Of a stretch of DNA of 64,000 nt, positions 54,021 through 64,000 are shown piece by piece. A program made the translations under genes and the position numbers. Origin of the DNA: Leucoraja erinacea (lineage: Eukaryota); contig NC_073391.1 of the NCBI RefSeq assembly GCF_028641065.1, positions 5,146,001 to 5,210,000 on the forward strand. Direction: 5' to 3'. The notes beneath the pieces were generated by a model that was not told the DNA's origin, searched no databases, and saw only the letters and a program-made list of their open reading frames with translations. Each line of letters begins with the position of its first letter. Positions within the stretch are counted from its first letter, which is position 1.

Positions 54021-55062
54021 GTAGCAATGTTACAAAATTTTGAGATTTAAAAAATCAAGCCTGCAATTTATCCCATCAGATAAAGCATAAAAAGAAGTTT
54101 AATTTGACACCTAATTCACTTTCATATCCCAAGTAATAAAAAAGTTATGGCCATTTTCATACTCAGAAATTAGCATCTTGTTCCCTATTGATTTTCTATG
54201 GACATAACAAAAAAGCTGTGATCGTGGACAGTCAAAAGCCCATAACCTTCTTAAAAATTAAGAGAACTGAATGAAATGTTCAGTTATCATAGATTGAACC
54301 ATTCTGAAACAAATATAAAATAATCTTACTTGGATGACCTGAAATTAAAGCATATAATTAGTTAGTTACCCAATTGTAGCTAATTTCAAACTTCAATTAC
54401 TAGATCTAAACATCTATCCATTTTTTAATAAATGATTAACATTTTTAAATAGACTAAGTGTCCAAATAATATTCACAAATAATTCACAATAAAACATGAT
54501 TTTTAAATCTCATTTACATCAATTTATAGGCCAAATGGAAGGAATTTAGTGTTCAATGGCTGTGAATTAAAGTCCATTTTAAATCAGCTTTCTAGTGGGA
54601 TCCTGTGAACGCGCTGGTTTAGAACGTTCACATTGCGGTGGATTTGTGCCCTCAAATGCCCAGAAAAATACTGCGGGATATAAAGAGCCCAAAATGAACT
54701 ACTCGCTATAGTAAACTTTGTATAAAGGGGTCTTAAGAAGCCCTTTTTAATGTAAAAAAAAGGTACATACCTTTAATCGTTTGCTTTATAAAACCCTGGG
54801 GCTGCGAGAGGTCGCGGGTTGAGAGAGTGATTTTAAAACTATTATAACTATTATTCGAGGCCTATAAAACTAATAATACCTTTTGCGATGGGGTCTTTCA
54901 GCCATTTTTCGTTAATGATTTACTAGGCTGAACATCTCCGATTGGAACAGCCTAGTAAAAATCGCGTTTTAAACCCGCCCCCTCTAAACAGCGCCAAAAT
55001 CACACACACGGGCTGGAGCAGATTCTCAGCGACGATTCAGGTAGGTTTTGCAACATACCTAC
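54021..55062. mobile_element. unclassified non-autonomous TIR element (1042 bp)
   Basis: 17-bp imperfect TIRs GTAGCAATGTTACAAAA / TTTTGCAACATACCTAC; aagaa on both flanks (54016-54020, 55063-55067). Confidence 0.7.
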
Positions 55063-55315
55063 AAGAAACACAATTTATAAAGTAGCCTTATAGAAATGAT
55101 ATCTCAAGGTATTTTCCTGGAATCACACAGCAGAAATGACAGCAAATGTGGCCAAAGAGGCAAGTTTTAACAAACAGAGGGCAGGCTGCATTGAGATTGT
55201 AAAGTTGTCATAAAAAGCATGTGTGAGAGTTTCAGTAGATATTGAACTGGGGCAGAGGTGAAAATAGAAAGGAATTGTCTTTATAATAGAATGGCCATGT
55301 CATGGGGGAATGACT

Positions 55316-55612
55316 GGGCAGCACAGTGGCGCAGCGGTAAAATTGCTACCTTACAGCGCCAAAGTACCTGGGTTCAATCCTAACTATGGGTGCTGGTCTA
55401 TACGGAGTTTGAACATTTTCCCTGTGAAAGCGTGGGTTTCCTCTGGGTGTTCCGGTTTCCTCCCACGCTGCAAAGACGTACAGGTTTGTAGGTTCATTGG
55501 CTTCAGTAAAAATTCTAAATTGTCCCCAGTGTATAGTGTATATTGACTGGCCGGCGTGGACTTGATGAGCTGTAGGCCGTTCCTGCTCTGTATCTCTAAA
55601 GTCTAAAGTAAA
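55316..55612 (+). mobile_element. HE1/V-SINE
   Basis: Head, V-domain and tail. Confidence 0.82.
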
Positions 55613-56728
55613 GTGGTGTGGAAGAGCTAGTACAGGTATTTGTTAACAAATAAATGGAAAGATATGTGGAAACAGGCAACGGACTCTCAAATGAGTGGCA
55701 GCGACGGATAGTATAGACAACCTCTACCAAAAGGATTGAGGAGAGGCATTAGTCCGGATAACAGCCCCAAAGATCATCAACTATAATTTACAAGAGGTTA
55801 AAGAGATGGAGAAGAATTTAGGGAATAGGAAGTGGCAAATTGCCTACTGCTTAATGGTCAACGTAGACATGACGTCAGCATTCATGGTGCACTGGATGGA
55901 TGGAAGGGATAAGGTGCACTCTTTGTGAGCATGTTGACATTTCTACTTGCATAACACTGGTCTGGCCAATCCCAATGATGTTGTTGTTACATTTGTAACA
56001 ACACAACAATCTGTTACATTTAGATGAGCGGATGATTTCAGAGAATTAGTGGTTTATTTATTTAGCATTTACTTATCTCCAAGGAAGACGTTATACATGA
56101 CAGATAAACTGTTAAAATGCAGCTGTTGGCTTTTCATTTTCCTCACCAGACCTTCCCTGACATTAATTCCTTTTGTCAGAAACTTCTTGAGGATGAGAGG
56201 TAGGAGAATTCTTGGAGCTATTTTTGTTTCTTCAACGCTACTTCAACAGAAATCTCATTATCGTGTGACAATTGGTGGTTAAAGAAAAAGGACAGGGCTT
56301 GAGTAAGATTAATTTTATTTCATTTAAATAATTTTGATGAGATGTCCAAAGCTTATTTTAATTCTGCGCTGTGATGTATGCATGAATAATGATGATATTC
56401 AGTGTATCTGTTACAGTACCAAGTTAATTTGAAAGTATTTAAAAAAAAATTATTTCACAAGCACAGCGGGGGTTGCATTATTAGATTGTAGCTTCAGAAG
56501 GATCAATGTCCGTGAGAAGATGTGAGTAACGACATTGAAACAAAATAGGTAACAAGACCAGATCCAGCGGCAGCCAGTCCAGGCTGCTTGTATTCAGCAA
56601 CACATCTGCAACATATTCTTTCAAATAGTGATGCTGATTTCAACAGTCAAGCAGTTTACTAGCAATCTATCTGTGCTGGACCAAGTCATTTTGAGACAAG
56701 TATTTTGTGAGCACTTGTAGAAAACTCA

Positions 56729-59130
56729 TGGGGGCGGCACGGTGGCGCAGCGGTAGGGTTGCTGCCTTACAGCATTTGCAGCGCCAGAGACCCGGGTTCG
56801 GTCCCGACTACGGGTCCCAATTGGGCCTCGCGCCTAAGGGGGCCCCGTGCTAGAGTAATCTACCCTCGGCTCGTCAAGTACACACAACTTATTGCAATAT
56901 ATATGTAACACCACATTGCAGGTTCTACAGAGATTTCTGTGGTTTCTGTAAATATGAGTATAAGATTAAGGGTCATCATATGAGTAAAAGATTAAGGGTC
57001 ATCGGCAGAACATATTTGAGTGGCAATAAGAAGAGGGATGTAGCCAAGGCAAAGAAGGCCAAAGCAGAAAAGGAGAAAGGTGCATTAGATAAGTATTTCA
57101 GCAAAACTATCGCAGAAAATGCAGAAGAGCAAGTGGAGCTACAACACAGTGAAGATAATGACACCGAAGGAAGCCAGTCTGAAGATGTTTTGCAAGACAA
57201 TCAAAGGAGGAATTTATGTACTGAAAATAAGATCGGCCATTTCGAAAGTTAAATTTGACAAACAAGGAAATTCACCTGTTGACATGACTGCTGGTGCCTC
57301 TGAGGCAAGGGAGAACGGGCATTCAAAAGCTGCCAGTTTTGTAGAATTAATAGATGATCCTGCAACATGGCCAGAAATGATAAGTCAGAGTGTTAGGGAC
57401 TATTTGGTGAAAAAAGGACCACCTACAATTATAGTACAATTTTTCCCCAAGAATGAGAGTGGATCACGTTTTTCAAAATTTCACTGCAAAAGAAAACTGC
57501 CAAATGATGAAATTGTAGATCGTCCGTGGCTAATATACTCTGTGTCAAGTGACAAAATCTTCTGTTACTATCGCAAGCTTTTTGATAATAACGCAGCATG
57601 TGCACTTGCAAGTTGTGGTTTTAATAACTGGCCGAACATTCATACAAGAATAGCCAAGCATGAGAACTCCAAAAAGCATTTGCAGGCTATGCTCAGTTGA
57701 TGTGAACTGCAGCAAAGATTATCTGCTGAAAATGCTTGAATTCCTTGCTTGCAACAACAGATCTACCATATTTCCAAATTTATTTATTTCTCTTCAGATT
57801 TTCTTGATAATCCCAGTGACTGTGGCATCTGGAGAAAGGAGTTTTTCCAAGCTGAAAGTGATCAAAACTTACTTGAGATCATCAATTCAGCAAGAACGTT
57901 TGAACAGTTTGGCAATTATGTCCATTGAATCTGAAATTAGCAGGAGTTTAAACGTAGACAAAATTCTAAAAGACTTTGCTGAGAAAAAGGCAAGAAAGAT
58001 AACTTTCTCATAATAAAAGGCAATAATAATATGACTAATTTATAGTTTATGATTGTTAATAGAAATCCAAAAAAGATAATTTGTTTCCAACGATCCACTT
58101 AAATTCTGAAATTTATTTTCTGAAAAAAAAAGTAATATTATTAATAAATCATTTCACAGTATGGGAGGATGGGAGGGCACCAAATAGTTGAAACTGAGCA
58201 ACATATTATGTTGTAATGATGTTTTGAGTATAGACACTGCATCTATATGTGGAAAACACCACTCAACTTTCAATACATGTCTGGATTTGAATTTACCAGC
58301 TTCTGGAGAGAACCGGCCTAATGTAATTTTTTAAATATTTGGTTTAAGCGAGCTCTCGTGGGGAAAGTTGGAGAGAGTCAACTTGGAAGAGAAACCAAGT
58401 AGCTAAATCGTAAAATCCGTGGTTTTATAGCAAGCCTTCCACTCATAAAGGTCTGCAGTAATCAAAGCCCGAAAGGATAGGGTGGGCCTGAAGCCCAAAA
58501 TTTACTGCCTGGACTGGTTTTTCGCCAATGGTTATTAGTTAATTAAATTCCTTTTTTCCTTTTTTTTTCAGTTCGCAGTCACTAAAACAAGTGGTATTGT
58601 AACTCTGTACTTTTCAGAGGTGATCTACACATTTTATTTGTTACTTGTAGGTTTACATGTATGCAATTTTATATTAAAATGTAGCTTAGATCTGTTTGGT
58701 CCATTAACTCGCAGGCACTTTTTAAGCACACATTTTGATTACTTTCCATTCTGCCATAGAGATATGGTCTATAATAGACTTTATTTGTATTTCTATGATT
58801 CTACAGACCTTGGCTGATTTTTATATTTCTATGATTCTACAGACCTGGGGCTCACCAAAATTGCTCCTAATTGGGCCCCGCACCTCCTAAGGCCGGCCCT
58901 GACGGGTGCTGTCTGTATGGAGTTTGTACATTCTCCCTGAGAACTGCGTGGGATTTCTCTGAGATCTTCGCTTTCCTCCCACACTCCAAATACGTACAGG
59001 TTTGTAGGTTAATCAGCTTGGTATGAATGTAAATTGTCCCTATTGTGTGTAGGATAGCATTAATGTGCGGGGATCGCTGGTTGGTGCGGACTTGGTGGGC
59101 TAAAGGGCTCGTTTCCGCGCTTTATCTCTA
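56729..59130 (+). mobile_element. HE1/V-SINE split by a hAT insertion
   Basis: Head 56729-56815 resumes at 58902 (acgggtgctgtctgt). Confidence 0.85.
56816..58901 (+). mobile_element. internally deleted hAT (Tip100/Zaphod, ZMYM1-like) transposon
   Basis: ZnF-TTF-like DPATWP, RPWLIYS..DKIFC, GFNNW, HENSKKH; hAT dimerisation domain FPNL...IPVTVASGERSFSKLK.IKTYLRS..QERL; right TIR ggccggccctg. Confidence 0.92.
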
Positions 59131-59229
59131 TAAAAAAAAGCAGCAGTACTCATGGTAAACCATTCGATTCTCTGGCATGTGGTCTGAAAGCACATATTGC
59201 ACGTTCCATACATCCCACAAAACTGCAAG

Positions 59230-62110
59230 TGGCATCTGCAAATGGAATACAGAGTAGCAGAGAGTACAGCCATGCACTTTGGTAGAAGGAGTAAAGGCGT
59301 GTCGAGACCACTTTCTAAAAGGAGAAAGGATTCAGAAATTGGAGGTGCAAAGGGACTTTGGAGTGCTGTGCAGGATTCTCAAAAGGTTAATTTGCAGGTT
59401 GAGTTAGTGGTAGGAAAAGCAAATGCAATGCTGGCATTCATTTTGAGGGAACTAGAATATAAAAACAAGGATCTAAAGCTGAGGCTTTATCAGGCGCTGG
59501 TGAGATCACATTTGGAATATTGCGAGTCCCGTATTTGAGGAAGGCTGTCCAAAGGGTCCAGAGAAGCTTTATGAGAATAATGCCGGGGATGATTAGGTTA
59601 ATAGACTAAAATGCTGGAGAAACTCAGCAGGTGAGGCAGCATATATGGAGCGAAGGAAATGGGCAACGTTTTGGGTCGAAACCCTTCTTCAGACTGATGT
59701 GAGGGTGGGTGTGGGAAGAAGAAAGGAAGATGTGGAGGGAGGTGCCGTGGTAGTCTGGCCCGCTGAACGTCAACTCTCAGACACCTCCTCCTACTAATCC
59801 TTGGACCATGACCCCACATACGCGCACCAGACGATTATCTCTAGCACCATCAGTGATTTCATCCACTCCGGCTCCCTGCCCTCCCAAGCCTCCAACCTCA
59901 TCGTTCCCCTATTTTACCTTCTCCCCAAAATCCACAAACCTCACTGTCCTGGCAGACCCATTGTCTCTGCCCGTTCGTGTCCTACCGAAGTTATTTTCAC
60001 ATACCTCGACTCCATCCTATCCCCCTGGTTAAATCCCTCCCTACCTATGTTCAAGACAACTCACACGCTCTTCATCTACTCCAGGACTTCCGTTTTCTAG
60101 GCCCCCATTCCCTCATCTTCACCATGGATGTCCATCACTCTACACCTCCATCCCCCACTAGGAGGGTCTCAAAGCCCTCCATTTCTTCCTCGACCGAAGA
60201 ACCAACCAATCCCTGTCTACTACTACTCTCCTCCACCTAGTGGAGCTGGTCCTTACCCTTAATAACTTTTTGTTTGACTCCTCCCATTTCCTCCAAATAC
60301 AAGGCGTAGCTATGGGCACACGTATGGGCCTTGGCTATGCCTGCCTCTTTGTAGGGTACATCGAACAATCCTTGTTCGAGGCGTACCGTGGCCCTATCCC
60401 CGAACTCTACTTCCGCTACATCGACGACTGCATTGGTGCCACCTCCTGCACCCACACACAACTCACTGACTTCATCCATTTCACCACTAATTTCTATCCA
60501 TCGCTCAAATACACCTGGACCATTTCCGACACTTCCCGACCACTTCTTGGCCTCACTATCTCCATCGCAGGTGATAGACTCCTGACCGACATCCACTATA
60601 AACCCACTGACTCCCATGGCTACCTGGACTATACATCTTCCCACCCTGCTTCCTGTAAGGACCCCATCCCCTACTCCCAATTCCTCCGTCTATACCGCAT
60701 CTGCACCCAGGATGAGGTGTTCACACCAGGGCATTAGAGATGTCCTCAATCTTCAGGGAACGGGGGTTCCCCTCTTCTTCTACAGATGAGGCTCTCACCA
60801 GGGTCTCTTCTATACCCCGTGACTCTGCTCTCTCTCCCCATCCCCTCACTCGTAACAAGGGCAGAGTCCCCCTTGTCCTCACCGTCCACCCTACCAGCCG
60901 TAACATACAACAAATAAACCTCCGCCATTTTCGCCACCTCCAATGTGATCCCACCACCTGCCACATCTTCCCATCTCCTCCCCTGTCTGATTTCCGCAGA
61001 GACCCCTCCCTCCATAACTTCCTGATAATTTTTGTCCCTTCGTACCGTACTACCCTCTCTCCGGGGCACTTTCCCTTGCAACCGCTAAAAATGCTACACT
61101 TGTCACTTTACCTCCCCCCTTGACTCCATTCAAGGACCCAAGCAGTCTTTCCAGGTGCGACAGAGGTTCACCTGCATCTCCACCAACCTCATCTATTGCA
61201 TCCGCTGCTCTAGATGTCAGCTGCTCTACATCGGTGAGACCAAGCCTAGGCTTGGCGATCGTTTCGCCGAACACTTTCGCTCAGTTCGCAATAACCAACC
61301 TGATCTCAGCACTTCAACTCCCCCTCCCATTCCGAATCCGACCTTTCTATCCTGGGCCTCCTCCATGGCCAGAGTAAGGACCACCGTAAATTGGAGGAGC
61401 AGAACCTCATATTTCGCTTGGGCAGTTTGCACCCCAGCAGTATGAACATTGACTTCTCCAATTTCAGGTAGTCCCTACTTTCTCCTACCCTTCTCAGCTC
61501 TCCCTCAGCCCACTGGCTCCACCTCTTCCTTTCTTCTTCCCGCCCCCCCACTCTCACATCAGTCTGAAGAAGGGTCTCGACTCGAAACGTCGCCTATTTC
61601 CTTCGCTCCATAGATGCTGCCTCACCCGCTGAGTTTCTCCAGCATTTTTGTCTACCTTCGATTTTCCAGCATCTGCAGTTCCTTCTTAAAGGTTAATGTG
61701 TGGGGAGTGTTTGAATGCTCTGGGCCTGAAATTGCTGAAGTTTAGAAGAATGAGGGGAAATGTCATATAAGATCTGGGTAATGAAAGGCCTAGATAGAAT
61801 GTACGTGGAATGGATGTTTCGATTCAACGGCACAGCCTCAGAATAAAAGGAAGTACCTTCAAAATGGAGATGAGCAGGAATTTCTTTAGGGTGGTGAACT
61901 TGTGGAATTCATTGCCACAGATGGCTGTGGAGGTGAAGACATTGGGTTTTTTTAAGGCAGAGATGGATAGATTCTTTATTAGGATGGGTGTTAAAGGTTA
62001 CAGCGAGAAGGCGGGAGAATGGGCTTGAAAGAAAAAAATTGATCAGCCATGATTAAATGGCAGAGTAGAATTGATGGGCTGAACGGCCTAATTCTCATAT
62101 TTCTTATGGT
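59230..62110 (+). mobile_element. CR1 fragment (59230-59602 and 61690-62110) split by Penelope
   Basis: KANAMLAFI.R.LEYK, LVRSHLEYC; RVVNLWNSLP. Confidence 0.85.
59603..61689 (+). mobile_element. 5'-truncated Penelope-like retroelement (RT plus GIY-YIG) with inverted terminal repeat
   Basis: FYLLPKIHK...PGRPIVS, QIQGVAMGT.MG, YFRYIDD, YKPTDSH.YL, IPYSQFLRL, NLIYCIRC..C.LLYIGET..RL..RF.EH; the 5' ~140 bp is an inverted copy of the 3' end; TSD aggttaat at 59595-59602 and 61690-61697. Confidence 0.95.
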
Positions 62111-63631
62111 ATTGAAAGCGCATCATAGAAAGGCTATATATGTATGACCAGGAAGCGGACTGTAACTTTTATAATTGAGTGAATTGGTTCTGTTAATTGC
62201 CTGCTATCACTGATCTTCCTTTGAGTCCACTGCCACCTTATTCATTTTGACCAGTTAGCAAAGAAACGGCCTTCATGTTTTATGTATATTTTATTATTTA
62301 TAAAATGATAGTTATCACAGTGATAGTATAAATACAAATAAGACAAGAAGGAAAATCTTTTCCACAGGATTTAAAGTGGCAACTGGGATCAGAATTGATA
62401 ATTCATTTAAAAAACAAATAAATGATTAACCTGCCTGAGCAACTTTGCCGGTCTGCTATTTTAATGGAAGGCATTGATCCATTTAATTTGAATGCATTAG
62501 CGCCATGTTGTACCAGTATTGTGAGGAAGGTTATGTCAATTGATCAAACTGTAAAATGTTTTTATTACTAACAGTAATATTTTACTCCATGTTGGGAAAT
62601 GCTTTATTATGGATATATAGTTAATCAGCAATTTAAAAAGACAATATGTTCTTGTTTATGAATAATCATTTGTCAAATTCTCTTCTACATTCTGTTTTGA
62701 TAATATTTTTTATATAATGTCAGTTCCTACAATACACAAGGGTTCCGTTCAGTGAGTCTATAATTTGATTTCTCTGTGTTAGAAACATGTATTTTCCAGA
62801 GCTATCTACATCTTATTGCTCAGCAAATACTTACTATAATTGTTTCATTTCATTGCATATTCACCCGTTAGGGCCTGTTACGCTCCGTATGAGGCCACTC
62901 ACACAGAGATCTGTGGTTCCAGATTGCAGTGGCAAACTCTTACAGTTACTCTAAAGAGGCCAGCAAGCCGGCCAGTTGCATCAGACCAATTATGCTAAAT
63001 AGAGAAAGAAATCCTGGAGCTCCATACTCAACAGTGCAGCTCAATATCCTCTTCTCCACAACAGTTGGGGGAAGTCAGTCGGCTCTGTCCACGGCAGTCA
63101 GACCCACCTCTCAAAAAGTTACAACTATGTTTAAAGAAGGTGAACGATGAGAAACCATGACCCCTGGAGTACTTGTGTCAAGATAAGTCAGAGACAAATG
63201 GAGCATTTCAGTTGTAAATGAACAGGAGTGCAGAGTTATACACTGGTCTCCTGCAGCACTCTTCATTCAACTAATACCACCAGATTTTTACCTATGAGGT
63301 TTTAGTTGCTTTGTCTGGAATGCATGTGAATAATGTGAGGGTCATTTAGTTACTACATTAAAATAGAGTTTTCTACCCTCAAGTAATTTATGTTCATATG
63401 TGACTAAATGGCATCTGTTGAGGCTTCACTCCTCTAAATCTGTTCCCTATGCTGTTGGCAAGAGTCCCCCACATTGTGCCTGCAGTGTGTCAGGCTTTCA
63501 AATAGTACTGAACAAAGCACGCAAGGCTGTACATAAGTGAAGCACTGTGTAACTCTATCTAAAGGGATTTACAATCAGTTTTGGCTGATTTGTCAATATA
63601 ATCCAACAATCTATTTCTGTTCATTTCTCAC

Positions 63632-63813
63632 TTGAAACAGTTCCGTTTTATTCCCAACAAATAATGAGAATAATTCCTTTTAATTCGTCTGTTGATAATT
63701 TTAGCCTCCTCGTAAAGTGTCTGCAAATTTTGTTTCCAAAATATTCTTGGGGTAGATATTTGTCTTTGCCTGCATGCACTAACCACATGATATGGAAGTG
63801 TACGTGTCTTCAT
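63632..63813 (-). CDS. candidate upstream or first coding exon of blnk (MKTRTLP...GIKRNCFK)
   Basis: ATG-started 60-codon frame ending in phase 2 at AA/gtgaga, compatible with exon 48937-49002; internal acceptor tttgcag at 63721; no homology recognised. Confidence 0.3.
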
Positions 63814-64000
63814 TGATTTTCAGTCCTTTCTGAAATTTGGTTGGTCTGAGGTTAAGTGAGCTGAATTTTACATGTCCACAATACTAAACTGCGTTGTTAG
63901 TGCTTGCAACCCAAGATGGATTTCTATGCTGCAAAGTTCTAATTCATTTACATTGAATTTAATTTGCAATTTGAGCATAGAAGCTCTGGGCTCAAAGGAT

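Noticed and set aside
56980-58013. ZMYM1-like host gene
   Set aside because: Bounded by a hAT TIR, inserted in a SINE, with stops and frameshifts and no splice structure.
700-61690. Recurring palindromic repeats as a CRISPR-like array
   Set aside because: Dispersed, variable in length, no spacer periodicity, eukaryotic context; explained by Penelope termini.
62880-63100. RUNX and ETS words (tgtggtt, ggaagt) as a B-cell enhancer
   Set aside because: Short motifs expected by chance; not supportable without chromatin or conservation data.

Overview
Repeat-rich vertebrate genomic DNA. The repeat set (HE1/V-SINEs, HER1/CR1 LINEs, Penelope foldbacks) points to a cartilaginous fish, probably a skate or ray (inference). 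The ORF track misses the main feature: 13 short minus-strand exons between 49002 and 145, all with GT-AG boundaries. They splice in phase into 902 nt (300 complete codons) of a BLNK/SLP-65 B-cell linker orthologue. Its first exon is unresolved and the SH2-domain exons should lie left of the window. The introns hold CR1, L2, Rex1/Babar, Crack/Daphne-like and HERO LINE fragments, a Penelope element, more than 20 Penelope-terminus mini-elements, tRNA-SINEs, Tc1, hAT and Harbinger derivatives, a probable solo LTR and an unclassified 1-kb TIR element; there are two assembly gaps. The best leads are: (1) short Penelope-derived foldback elements with 12-15 bp TSDs and a minimal hammerhead-ribozyme core; (2) extra tyrosine micro-exons and a candidate mutually exclusive exon in blnk; (3) a GTAG...CTAC transposon with a 5-bp TSD. 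Everything was read by eye. Exon and TSD coordinates were counted base by base, other repeat borders are approximate, and family names come from remembered motifs, not searches.
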